NCBI GenBank assembly: GCA_001784175.1
Contig: MFPR01000013.1
Location: 1-64,000 of the forward strand
Origin: Candidatus Lindowbacteria bacterium RIFCSPLOWO2_12_FULL_62_27
GTDB taxonomy: Bacteria > Lindowbacteria > 2-12-FULL-62-27
Length of the DNA stretch: 64,000 nucleotides
Reading direction: 5' to 3'
This document shows, piece by piece, positions 36,530 to 45,485 of this stretch (its first letter is position 1; each line of letters begins with the position of its first letter). The notes under the pieces were generated by a model, which was given only the letters and a program-made list of their open reading frames with translations, did not search any database and was not told the DNA's origin. Made by a program: the position numbers and the translations under genes.

Positions 36530-37701
36530 GGCCGGCTATGGCCCAGGGCGGCCGCCAGCCGGCGGATGTCGGAAGGCCTGTGCGCCGCGCTCAGGGAAAT
36601 TCGGATCATTTCCTGTCCCCTCGGAACCGTCGGATATCGCATGCCGGGCGCAAAACACCCCGCCGACCACAGGGACTGCGCCGCTTCAAGCACCGCGGAG
36701 GAACCGCCGGCGATGGGGACAGGGACGATCTGACTGACAGGGCGCCTCTTCAGGAGCCGCACCAGGAGCCTGATGTTGGATTGCAATTTCTCCCGCAGCT
36801 CGGCCCCCGTCCGCGATCGGACGATCGCGAGCGCCTCCTCGGCCGCCAGGATCTGAAAGGGCGGCGCAGCGGTGGTGTAGATGAATGCCTTCGACCGGGC
36901 TTTGATATACCGGATGACGGCGGAAGACGCGGCAACGAATCCGCCGTACGAGGCCAGGGTCTTGGAGAGGGTCCCAATCAGAATGTGGCGCGCCTCCGGT
37001 GCCCGCCCGAATCGTTCGTAGGTGCCCCGCCCTGAGGCGCCGATCGCGCCGATTCCGTGAGCGTCATCCACAATCAACCAGGCGCCATGGCGGTCTGCGA
37101 GCTCCGCCAGCGTGTCCAGCGGCGCAAAATCCCCGCCCATGCTGTAGAGTCCGTCGGTCACGATGAACCGGCGACCCCGGATGTCCCGCGCCGCCAGTTT
37201 TCGCCGCAGATCATCCATGTCGAGATGCCGGTAGGAAAAGGACGGCGCCCGCGTGTGGTCGATGCCCGCTCGAAGAGATGCATGAATTCTTTCGTCGAAA
37301 AAAATGCGGTCCCGGCTCCCGGCCAGCGTGTCGATCACGCCGAAACAGCACAAAAATCCGCTCCCAAACACCGCAGCGTCTTCGGCACGCAGAAAATCGG
37401 CAAGGGACCGTTCCAGCCGCCGGTGCGGCGGGTGCGTGCCGCTCACCATCCGGGAACTGCCGGCGGACGTCAGATGCCCGGCCGACAAAAATCGCCGGAC
37501 GGCCCGCGCCCGCACGCGCTGATGAAGTCCAAGGTAACTGTTGGACGAAAAGTCTATGCCGGACTGGCCGTCCGGCATTCGGATCCGCCGCGCATCGGGC
37601 TTCTCCACGGTCCGCTCCACACGCAGGAGGCCGGCCGATTCCTGGCGGATCAGGTCCGCCTCAAACGCCTCCCCGTCCTTCCCGGCCTGCCGCGGCCGCA
37701 T
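36526..37701 (-). CDS. bioF: 8-amino-7-oxononanoate synthase
   Basis: DFSSNSYLGL, IHASL, YRHLD, TDGLYSMGGD, VDDAHGIG, GTLSKT, YPTVPRG. Confidence 0.92.
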   Translation of the reverse strand: MRPRQAGKDGEAFEADLIRQESAGLLRVERTVEKPDARRIRMPDGQSGIDFSSNSYLGLHQRVRARAVRRFLSAGHLTSAGSSRMVSGTHPPHRRLERSLADFLRAEDAAVFGSGFLCCFGVIDTLAGSRDRIFFDERIHASLRAGIDHTRAPSFSYRHLDMDDLRRKLAARDIRGRRFIVTDGLYSMGGDFAPLDTLAELADRHGAWLIVDDAHGIGAIGASGRGTYERFGRAPEARHILIGTLSKTLASYGGFVAASSAVIRYIKARSKAFIYTTAAPPFQILAAEEALAIVRSRTGAELREKLQSNIRLLVRLLKRRPVSQIVPVPIAGGSSAVLEAAQSLWSAGCFAPGMRYPTVPRGQEMIRISLSAAHRPSDIRRLAAALGHSRP

Positions 37702-37713
37702 GACAGACGACAG

Positions 37714-37769
37714 AGTGATATCATGATATCATGATATCATGATAGCTATCATGATATCATGATATCACT
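37714..37769. repeat. Array of self-palindromic 8-mers TGATATCA containing a 44-bp perfect palindrome
   Basis: agtgatatcatgatatcatgatatcatgatagctatcatgatatcatgatatcact; 37724-37767 is a perfect inverted repeat centred on GATAG|CTATC. Confidence 0.95.
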
Positions 37770-38241
37770 TGGCGGCGAAGGGGCCGCTCTTGCCGCCGGA
37801 CTTGCGCAGGAGCCGGATCCGGTCGATCACGAGGCCACGGTCGACGGATTTGACCATGTCGTAAAAGGCCAGCGCGGCCAGCGCGGCGCCGGTCAGGGCC
37901 TCCATTTCGATCCCCGTGCGGTCCCGGGTCCGGCAGGTGACCCGAAAGGAGAGGGTTCGGCCGGACCGGACCGGGTCGATGTGGATGGATTCGATCCGGA
38001 TCGGGTGGCAGAGCGGGATGAGGTCATGGGTCTTCTTGGCGGCCTGGATGCCGGCCACGATCGAAACCGCCAGCGGGTCTCCCTTGCCGGATCGGCCGGG
38101 GCGCCGCAGGGCGCGGACGACCCGCGGCGTCAGGCGGATCCTGGCCTCGGCCACGGCCGTACGGACGGTTTCGGGTTTGTCGGAAACATCGACCATCGTC
38201 GGGAGGCCGCGACGGTCCAGATGGGTCAGCCTTGGACGCAT
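37765..38241 (-). CDS. moaC: Cyclic pyranopterin monophosphate synthase
   Basis: LTHLD...MVDVSDK, KGDPL, AGIQAAKKT.DLIPLCHP, TGIEMEAL, YDMVKSVDR, KSGGKSG. Confidence 0.96.
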   Translation of the reverse strand: MRPRLTHLDRRGLPTMVDVSDKPETVRTAVAEARIRLTPRVVRALRRPGRSGKGDPLAVSIVAGIQAAKKTHDLIPLCHPIRIESIHIDPVRSGRTLSFRVTCRTRDRTGIEMEALTGAALAALAFYDMVKSVDRGLVIDRIRLLRKSGGKSGPFAAK

Positions 38242-38269
38242 CGACGGAGTGCCCGAAACTTCCGAAACG

Positions 38270-41188
38270 CTACTTGGCCTTGGCGCCGGCGGGCGCCGGC
38301 GCAGGGGGAGGCGCGGAAGGCGTCGACATCACGCCTCGGATGAATTTGGCGCTTCCCTCCTCCACGTCCTTGTCGTCCAGGAGCATTCGATAATCCCGGG
38401 CGAAGTAGATTCCAAGCTGGTCGAGTTTGATGCTGCTGCCGCCTTTGAAGGCTTTCTGAAACTTCTTCTGCTCGGCGTCCGGGATACGGGACCAGCGCCA
38501 CTCGCCGATGGCGTGCGCCGTCATCTGAAAAGGGTCGACGGTCTGAAAGACCGGAACGACGATCGCGTTCCACTCGTGAGAATAAATGGCATAGCCTTCG
38601 CCGGGCAGCCGCAGAATCGACGGGAATTCCGCGCTGCCTGGCAGCGCCTTGTCCTTTTCGTAAATTTTCTGTAAAGCGATTCCAAGGTCCCGGCCGCCGT
38701 AGATTCTCAGGCCCTCTGAAAAAACCGGCGCGACATCCTGGCCCTCCGCCTGGAGGGACAGCCGGAACCGCGCGTAAAAATCCGACAGGAGGTCGCGGAA
38801 CGCATTGAGGAGGTTCATGGGCGTCAGTTGCGCCGTGTCTTTTTCCTTCTGCGCTTCGGCCTCGGCCGCGGGCTGCTGGAGGATCTCGACAAAGTCCTGC
38901 TTCTCCTTGAATGCGGTCCGCAACTGATCCTCGATTCCCTTGATCTGTCCCAGCGCCTTGCGGCCGGGATCGCCCTTCAATTTCTGGGTGACAAAGGCGT
39001 TCCGCTCATCCATCATTTTTTCCGTTTCCTTTTCGGTCGTCGCAATGTCCCGCATGGCCTCCCCGGAAGTGCCCTTTTCCTTCAAGCGCTGCATCTGGAC
39101 CATCTTCTCGATCTGTGTGAGCAAGGGCCCCTCCCGCGCGTCCTCGTAGGGGATCTGGAGATCGGTATAGGCTTTCTTGCGCGCTTCGATGAGATCGGCG
39201 ATCTGCTTCTCCTTTTCCGGAAGCTTGACCTTCGCGGCCGCCGCGCCGCCCATGATCGCAAGCTCCCCGCCGGCCATTTGAATCACCACGCGTTTCGCGA
39301 ACTCGAGGATCGAAAGCACCGTCCGGCCGGGCGGCGGGTCGAGTTTCAGCCGGTCCGAGGCCGCATCGCCTGCCGCACCGAACTGGACAAGCCAGGTTTC
39401 GGCGGGAGTCAGATCGGTGAACTGGCCGGGCGCCGCCCAGTGGGACTCGAGGGTCGAGGTGACCGCTTCGAGATAGAGACGCCGCGCGCGGGACCTGTCC
39501 AATGGCGTCAGGGACTGCCGTTCGATCTTCACAATCGCCGCCAGGAGATGATCGGCCCGGGGAATCGCGTCCGCCGAAATCGCGCCGGTCCCGCCGCCCG
39601 CGTCGTACCGGTACATCCACCGGCTCGGCGGCTTGCTGAACAACACAATGGGAATGCCGATCGACATGGAAATCTGCTCGGTCAGATGCCTCCGGGAATC
39701 CGGCGTGCCCTCGTCGTCCAGCAGGACCTCGGCATAGGAACCGGTCTGGCCGACCTTTCCGATGAGTCTCCCATAGATCAGCGTTTTTTCGTCCACGCCG
39801 AGATGCGCGGCGAATTGGGACCTCGGCGTGTTCGCGGGTCCGAAGACTTTGCGCTGGTCGGAAAGGCAGAGAACAAAATTCGCATGCTCAAGATGGCTGT
39901 CCGCTCCGGGCGGGTTCTCCTGCAGATCGTCGCCGCCGGCCGGCGGCGGAAGTTTTGAGCCGGAGACAAGCTCGTCAAGCCCGAACGGCATGGCCACCGC
40001 GTCCTCCGACCCGCCCTTGGTCATCGCATTCACGGCTTCCTGAACGAGCGCCCCAGACTTGCCGGCCGAGTCCCTCGCCGCATCGGGCACGCTCTCCGGC
40101 AGACCGTCCGCAGCCGCCTTGACGGTCTGGGCAAATGCCGGCAGCAGTTCGCCGAAAAACGCGCCGCGCCAGGTCGACTTTTGAAAGAGAACGTCGATCT
40201 GAAGCAGCCGGTTGGCAAGCTGTCTCAGCATGAGGACCAAAAGCTGCGGGACCCGCGCAAAGAGCGGCTCCATCTTGTCGAACGGCACGGCCAGGACCAT
40301 GCTGGGTTCAACGGCGATGACGGAGGCCGTCCGGCGGGTTTTGAGAAGAAAGGCCATCTCGCCCACCATGCTGCCCCGGCCCTCCACCGTCTGGATGGTC
40401 CGCCGGCCGACCACGACGTTGAGCTTGCCTTGCAGCAGAATGAACAACTCCTTCGCCTCCTCACCGCAGGCGCAGAGCATCTGGCCGGCCGAAAACCGCT
40501 TGCCCTGCACCTTGGCCAGCGCCTCCGCGACGCTCGCCGCGTGCGCCTGCGATCCGGCGGATTGAAAGGTGATGCCGCCGAAATAAGCGAAAAAGGCGCC
40601 GGCTTGGTCGTAGGGCAGCGCCAGGCTGACCGGCAGATCCGCCGGAAGCGTGTTCAGCGTCGTCGCGAGGCGGGAAAGCTCAATGAACATGTTTCCGGAA
40701 AGTTCCGCCGGGTCGGTGTCGATTTCGGCGCCAAAATTCTGGCCAAAATCTGAAAGAGCGATGCGAACCTCTTCAAGGAACCGCAAAAGACGCATGTCCT
40801 GCTTCTTGAGCCGGTCATTGGTTTTGTTCACCCGCCGGGCAAGCTCCTCCGCGATTTTGATGCCCAGCGCCGGTTTTGCGCGCAGCGCGTTTTCGAATGC
40901 GCCCGGCCGCATGTCGGCCGCGAGGACGGTGCTTTCCGCGCGGGCGCGGATGGAGGCGGTCCTGGGACAGTTGAGAATCGGAGAAATTTCTCCGACCAGT
41001 TGGCCCGGCCGGTCGAATGTTTCTATGACCTGCCCGTGCTGGGTGACCGCCTCGGCCGTCACCTCCGAATGCGCCGGCGCCAAGACCACGTCGAGCGCGC
41101 CGGACTTCAGGAAATACAACTCATGGCCCTCCTGTCCCTGCAAAAACAGATACTCGCCCGGCTTGATCGTCCGCAGGCCTTCGGTCAT
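38270..41188 (-). CDS. 972-aa protein with two cyclic-nucleotide-binding domains and a large unassigned C-terminal region
   Basis: CNB1 LFLQGQEGHELYFLKSG...GEISPILNCPRTASIRA; CNB2 GEEAKELFILLQG...GEMAFLLKTRRTASVIA. ATGA overlap at 41185-41188 with AGGAG upstream. Confidence 0.82.
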   Translation of the reverse strand: MTEGLRTIKPGEYLFLQGQEGHELYFLKSGALDVVLAPAHSEVTAEAVTQHGQVIETFDRPGQLVGEISPILNCPRTASIRARAESTVLAADMRPGAFENALRAKPALGIKIAEELARRVNKTNDRLKKQDMRLLRFLEEVRIALSDFGQNFGAEIDTDPAELSGNMFIELSRLATTLNTLPADLPVSLALPYDQAGAFFAYFGGITFQSAGSQAHAASVAEALAKVQGKRFSAGQMLCACGEEAKELFILLQGKLNVVVGRRTIQTVEGRGSMVGEMAFLLKTRRTASVIAVEPSMVLAVPFDKMEPLFARVPQLLVLMLRQLANRLLQIDVLFQKSTWRGAFFGELLPAFAQTVKAAADGLPESVPDAARDSAGKSGALVQEAVNAMTKGGSEDAVAMPFGLDELVSGSKLPPPAGGDDLQENPPGADSHLEHANFVLCLSDQRKVFGPANTPRSQFAAHLGVDEKTLIYGRLIGKVGQTGSYAEVLLDDEGTPDSRRHLTEQISMSIGIPIVLFSKPPSRWMYRYDAGGGTGAISADAIPRADHLLAAIVKIERQSLTPLDRSRARRLYLEAVTSTLESHWAAPGQFTDLTPAETWLVQFGAAGDAASDRLKLDPPPGRTVLSILEFAKRVVIQMAGGELAIMGGAAAAKVKLPEKEKQIADLIEARKKAYTDLQIPYEDAREGPLLTQIEKMVQMQRLKEKGTSGEAMRDIATTEKETEKMMDERNAFVTQKLKGDPGRKALGQIKGIEDQLRTAFKEKQDFVEILQQPAAEAEAQKEKDTAQLTPMNLLNAFRDLLSDFYARFRLSLQAEGQDVAPVFSEGLRIYGGRDLGIALQKIYEKDKALPGSAEFPSILRLPGEGYAIYSHEWNAIVVPVFQTVDPFQMTAHAIGEWRWSRIPDAEQKKFQKAFKGGSSIKLDQLGIYFARDYRMLLDDKDVEEGSAKFIRGVMSTPSAPPPAPAPAGAKAK

Positions 41189-41952
41189 GACAACTCCTGC
41201 CGGACGGGCGAGCCGATGGGGAGCTTGAGGAAATGGGCGGCGCTGCCGTTTTTCACCACGATCTCCCACGTGTCGAAACTGCCCTTCAGAATCACAGGCC
41301 GGCCCTCTGGCGCGTCCGAGTAAGTCCGGACCGCCGACCGGAATCGGCGGCGGCCCGCGACGATCGCGCGGGGCGCATGGCGGGTGCTGAGATTGGTGAC
41401 GAGATTTCCAAACCGATCCACGTGCACGATTTTGCCCTCCAGCCCGCCGGCCCTCCGAACAGGTGACAGATCGCTCAATCGAACAGGCGCGCTCGTCCGC
41501 CGGCCCAGCTTGGCGAGCGGCGTGCCTTTGGCAAGCGCCCCCGCGACCGGCGCAAAAATGTCCCGTCCATGAAACGTGGCGGAAACGTGCGGCAAAAAGA
41601 AGCTCCGGTTTTCGACCACCCGCATATCCTCCACGTCTGATTTCGAAATGAAACTCAATAGACCATTGTCCGGCGCCAGAAACGTCCTCCGGTGCGCCCG
41701 GACCGCCAGTATCCTCCGGTCCGACCCGACGCCCGGATCGACCACGGCCACCAGGATCGATCCCTCCGGAAAAAACGGCCACGACTTGGACAGCAAAAAC
41801 GCGCCCTCGAGCACGCACTGCGGAGACACGCTGTGAAAGAGGTCCACCACCCGCGCCGCCGGGGCGCGCGCCAGAATCACGGCCTTCATCTCACCGACGT
41901 ACACGCTGTCGCCGAAATCCGTGGCCAAACCGATCAAAGACATACCCCTCAT
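41185..41952 (-). CDS. DUF62 SAM hydroxide adenosyltransferase (fluorinase/chlorinase superfamily)
   Basis: TDFG, VVDPGVGSDRR, APDNGLLS, SATFHGRDIFAP, VDRFGNLVTN. Start 41952 or 41943. Confidence 0.92.
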   Translation of the reverse strand: MRGMSLIGLATDFGDSVYVGEMKAVILARAPAARVVDLFHSVSPQCVLEGAFLLSKSWPFFPEGSILVAVVDPGVGSDRRILAVRAHRRTFLAPDNGLLSFISKSDVEDMRVVENRSFFLPHVSATFHGRDIFAPVAGALAKGTPLAKLGRRTSAPVRLSDLSPVRRAGGLEGKIVHVDRFGNLVTNLSTRHAPRAIVAGRRRFRSAVRTYSDAPEGRPVILKGSFDTWEIVVKNGSAAHFLKLPIGSPVRQELS

Positions 41953-42023
41953 GTCTAACAACGCCGGCGCAAGGTGTCAATTCCGCGACCAGCATTTACA
42001 TGCTTGGAAAAATGTAATAAGAA
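41952..42023. promoter_or_regulatory. Candidate back-to-back sigma70 promoters (DUF62 operon and SDR-nuo operon)
   Basis: Minus TTGACA-N17-TAGACA (41980-41952); plus TTTACA-N17-TAAGAA (41995-42023). Confidence 0.35.
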
Positions 42024-42060
42024 TCTCAGAGGGAGTGAGCGCTTTCGAGGAGGGTTGCTC

Positions 42061-42963
42061 GTGAGAATTCTGATCTCCGGCTCCACAGGTCTGGTCGGAA
42101 CCGTGTTGGACATGGCGCTTCAGGCGCAAGGTCACGCGGTCGCGCGGCTCGTCCGCTCAGCGCCCAACCCCGGCCATGCGGAGGTGCGCTGGGATCCGGC
42201 CGCCGGGAAGATCGACGAAGGCGGCATCGAGGGGGTGGATGCGGTCGTTCATCTGGCCGGTGAGAACGTCGGCGCCCGGCGCTGGACGGCCACGCAGAAA
42301 AACAAAATCCGGTCGAGCCGCGTGAACGGCACGCGGACGCTGTGCGAGGCGATCCAGCGGCTCAAGAAGCCGCCCGCGTCCCTCCTCTCCGCGTCGGCCG
42401 TCGGCATCTACGGCGACCGCGGCGAGGAGACGCTGACCGAAGCAAGCCCGGCGGGCGCCGGATTTCTGCCGGAGGTCTGCGTCGAGTGGGAGAAGGCGGC
42501 CGCGCCGGCCGCGCAGCGCGGGATCCGCGTGGCGCATCTGCGGATCGGCGTCGTGCTCAGCGCCCAAGGAGGCGCGCTGGGCCGGATGCTGCTTCCGTTC
42601 AAGCTGGGGCTGGGCGGTCCCATCGGCGCCGGCCGGCAATACATGAGCTGGATTTCCGTCGACGACGCGGTTCGCGCCATTTCTTTTGTGCTCGATACGA
42701 AAACCCTCATCGGTCCGGTCAACCTCGTGGCGCCCCGGCCGGTCACCAACCGCGAGTTTTCGAAAACGCTCGGCCGGACGCTCCATCGGCCCGCGATTTT
42801 TCCGATGCCCGCGTTCGCGGCGCGCCTCGCGTTCGGCGAAATGGCGGACGCGCTGCTTCTGGCCAGTGCCCGCGTCGTACCGGGCCGGCTGGAGGCCGCC
42901 GGATTTTCGTTTGCGCATCCGGACCTGGCGACTGCGTTGAAGCACATCCTGGGAAGGTCCTGA
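42061..42963 (+). CDS. TIGR01777/YfcH-family NAD(P)-dependent oxidoreductase
   Basis: ISGSTGLVG, HLAGEN, SASAVGIYG, FLPEVCVEWE, GLGGPIGAGRQYMSWI, GPVNLVAP; GTG start behind GGAGG. Confidence 0.93.
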   Translation: MRILISGSTGLVGTVLDMALQAQGHAVARLVRSAPNPGHAEVRWDPAAGKIDEGGIEGVDAVVHLAGENVGARRWTATQKNKIRSSRVNGTRTLCEAIQRLKKPPASLLSASAVGIYGDRGEETLTEASPAGAGFLPEVCVEWEKAAAPAAQRGIRVAHLRIGVVLSAQGGALGRMLLPFKLGLGGPIGAGRQYMSWISVDDAVRAISFVLDTKTLIGPVNLVAPRPVTNREFSKTLGRTLHRPAIFPMPAFAARLAFGEMADALLLASARVVPGRLEAAGFSFAHPDLATALKHILGRS

Positions 42964-42970
42964 GCCGGCC

Positions 42971-44044
42971 GTGATCGTTCCGTCCCTGCTCCTGGAACTG
43001 GCGCCTGTACTCGTCAAAATCTTTGGCGCCTTCTTCGTGGTCCTTACCCTCACCGCCTACCTCACGCTGGCGGAACGGAAATTCTCCGCGTTCATTCAGG
43101 ACCGGATCGGCCCCAACCGCGTCGGGCCCTTCGGGCTCCTTCAGCCGCTGGCGGACGGGATCAAGTTCATCTTCAAAGAGGACATCATTCCCACACAGGC
43201 GCACAAGCTGTACTACATCCTCGCGCCGGCGCTGCTGCTCGTGCCGGCCCTCATGGGATACGCCGTCATCCCCTTCGGCGATTATGTCGAAGTCGCCGGC
43301 CGGCTGATCCCGCTGCAGATCGCGGACGTCGACATCGGCATTCTGTACGTTCTTGCCATCGCCGGCCTCTCGGTCTACGGGCTCTTCATGGCCGGCTGGG
43401 CGTCGAACAACAAATATTCGCTGCTCGGCGGACTGCGGTCCTCGGCGCAGATGGTGAGCTACGAGCTGACGCTGGGCCTTTCCATCGTCGGCGCCCTGCT
43501 CGTGTACGGCACCACGAACCTGCGGGACATTGTCGTTCAACAAACGGCCTACTGGCAGGTGGGGTCGATCCTGATCCCGAAATGGGGCGTTTTTTTGCAG
43601 CCGCTCGGGTTCCTCCTCTTTCTCGTCTCCGCCTTCGCCGAATCCAACCGACTGCCCTTTGACCTCCCGGAGGCCGAGAACGAGCTGGTCGGGGGATACC
43701 ACACGGAGTACGGGAGCATGAAATTCGCGATGTTTTTCATGGGCGAGTATACGGGCATGATCACGATGTCGGCGCTCCTCACGACCTTCTTTTTCGGCGG
43801 CTGGCACGTTCCATGGCTTGAGGCGGCCGGCCTTTCACGAAATGTCGCGGCGATCCTCGGCGTCGGCGCGTTCTGCGCGAAAACGGGATGTTTCCTGTTT
43901 CTCTACATCTGGGTGCGCTGGACCCTGCCGCGGTTTCGCTACGATCAGCTCATGAAGCTGTCCTGGAAAGGCGTGTTCCCGCTGGCGCTGGCCAACGTGT
44001 TCCTCACGGGTGTCTGCCTTTACCTGTACAGCCGCCTGATGTAG
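42971..44044 (+). CDS. nuoH: NADH-quinone oxidoreductase subunit H
   Basis: ERKFSAFIQDRIGPNRVG, LLQPLADGIK, NRLPFDLPEAE, PRFRYDQLM. Confidence 0.97.
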   Translation: MIVPSLLLELAPVLVKIFGAFFVVLTLTAYLTLAERKFSAFIQDRIGPNRVGPFGLLQPLADGIKFIFKEDIIPTQAHKLYYILAPALLLVPALMGYAVIPFGDYVEVAGRLIPLQIADVDIGILYVLAIAGLSVYGLFMAGWASNNKYSLLGGLRSSAQMVSYELTLGLSIVGALLVYGTTNLRDIVVQQTAYWQVGSILIPKWGVFLQPLGFLLFLVSAFAESNRLPFDLPEAENELVGGYHTEYGSMKFAMFFMGEYTGMITMSALLTTFFFGGWHVPWLEAAGLSRNVAAILGVGAFCAKTGCFLFLYIWVRWTLPRFRYDQLMKLSWKGVFPLALANVFLTGVCLYLYSRLM

Positions 44045-44071
44045 GATGCCCATGGTAAAGGAGACACGACC

Positions 44072-44590
44072 ATGATCGGGATCAAGAAACCCGAGCAGAC
44101 GCTCATGCAGAAAATATATCTCCCGGAGATCCTGCGCGGCCTGGCGATCACGATCCGGCACATGCTCCGCCAGAAGCCCGTCACCTGCGAATATCCGGAA
44201 AAACCGCACGTCGTGCCGCCGAATTTCCGCGGCCTTCATCGCCTCATTCAACGGCCCGGCGGCCGCGAGCGTTGCGTGGCCTGCGAGCTGTGCCTGACGG
44301 CGTGCCCGGCCAACTGTATTTCGATGGTCGCGGCGGACCCGAACGATCCCAACGTCGAGAAATATCCGCTCCGGTACGAGATCGACGTCCTCCGGTGCAT
44401 TTACTGCGGGTTCTGCGAGGAGGCCTGCCCCTGCGACGCCATTGAGCTGACGCCCCACTACGAGATGGCATCGAGCCGCCGCGAGGATTTCATTTTCACG
44501 AAGGACCGCCTGCTCGACAACAACCGGTACGTTCCGGAAGGGGAGAGAGTCTCGAAAGTCCGGACCAACGAGACATATCTGCGCATCTAA
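44072..44590 (+). CDS. nuoI: NADH-quinone oxidoreductase subunit I
   Basis: Two 4Fe-4S motifs CVACELCLTACP and CIYCGFCEEACP. Confidence 0.96.
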   Translation: MIGIKKPEQTLMQKIYLPEILRGLAITIRHMLRQKPVTCEYPEKPHVVPPNFRGLHRLIQRPGGRERCVACELCLTACPANCISMVAADPNDPNVEKYPLRYEIDVLRCIYCGFCEEACPCDAIELTPHYEMASSRREDFIFTKDRLLDNNRYVPEGERVSKVRTNETYLRI

Positions 44591-44594
44591 CGCC

Positions 44595-45164
44595 GTGTCC
44601 CACCTGCTGCCGGATATTTTGTTTTACGTGTTTTCCGCGCTGTCCGTCGCCGGCGCCGTCCTGGTGCTGGTGAACCGCAATCCCATGACGTGCGCCATGT
44701 CGCTCGTGGTGAGCGTGCTGTCGCTGGCGATTCTGTATCTGCTGCTGTCGGCCCATTTTCTGGCGGTGGCGCAGATGATCGTCTACGCGGGCGCGATTGT
44801 CGTGTTGTTCATTTTCGTGATCATGCTCCTGAACCTGACCGACGAGGAGCTGGGCCGGTTCCGGTTCAGCCTCTTCAAGACCATCGGCGCGTTCGTGGCC
44901 GTCGCGACGCTCCTCGCGGTCGCTCCGGACATCCGCGTGTCGATCCCGGCGCCGGCGGCCGGCGACGCCGGCGCGCCCGCCGGCTACGGAAGCACAAAGG
45001 CGGTCGGGAAGCTCCTGTTCGGCGAGTTTCTCCTCCCGTTCGAACTCACGAGCATCCTGATCCTATCGGCCATGGTCGCGGGCGTGGTGTTGGCGAAGCG
45101 CGAGCTTCAGCCGAAGAAAACGCACAGCCTGGTGGACTGGCTGCTCGGATTTTTCCGGACGTGA
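44595..45164 (+). CDS. nuoJ: NADH-quinone oxidoreductase subunit J
   Basis: QMIVYAGAIVVLFIFVIMLL, LPFELTSIL. Confidence 0.96.
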   Translation: MSHLLPDILFYVFSALSVAGAVLVLVNRNPMTCAMSLVVSVLSLAILYLLLSAHFLAVAQMIVYAGAIVVLFIFVIMLLNLTDEELGRFRFSLFKTIGAFVAVATLLAVAPDIRVSIPAPAAGDAGAPAGYGSTKAVGKLLFGEFLLPFELTSILILSAMVAGVVLAKRELQPKKTHSLVDWLLGFFRT

Positions 45165-45168
45165 CCCC

Positions 45169-45483
45169 ATGAATTTCTTTCCGGTCGGGCAGACGCATTT
45201 TCTGGCGACCTCGGCGTTTCTGTTTACGCTGGGCGTGCTGACGGTCGTCGTGCGGCGGAACCTGATCGTGATCCTGATGGGCGTCGAACTCATGCTGAAC
45301 GCGGGCAACCTGGCGATCGTCGCCTTCAGCCGCTTCAGCGGCCATCCGGCCGGGCATGTCTATGTGCTGCTCATCATGACGGTGGCGGCGGCGGAGGTGG
45401 CGGTCGGCCTCGGCATTCTCATTGCGCTTTTCAGGACACGCAAAACCATCAACGCCGATGAGGCGACTTACCTGCGGTGGTAG
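45169..45483 (+). CDS. nuoK: NADH-quinone oxidoreductase subunit K
   Basis: RRNLIVILMGVELMLNA, VAAAEVAVGL. Confidence 0.96.
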   Translation: MNFFPVGQTHFLATSAFLFTLGVLTVVVRRNLIVILMGVELMLNAGNLAIVAFSRFSGHPAGHVYVLLIMTVAAAEVAVGLGILIALFRTRKTINADEATYLRW

Positions 45484-45485
45484 AC

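Noticed and set aside
41189-41818. N-terminal 210 aa of the 1182-aa ORF
   Set aside because: Alternate frame of the DUF62 gene; the real start is ATG 41188.
41185-41952. SAM-dependent halogenase (fluorinase/chlorinase)
   Set aside because: The His in TFHGRD plus the Asp and Arg of DPGVGSDRR fit the hydroxide-using DUF62 triad, and there is no halometabolite gene context.
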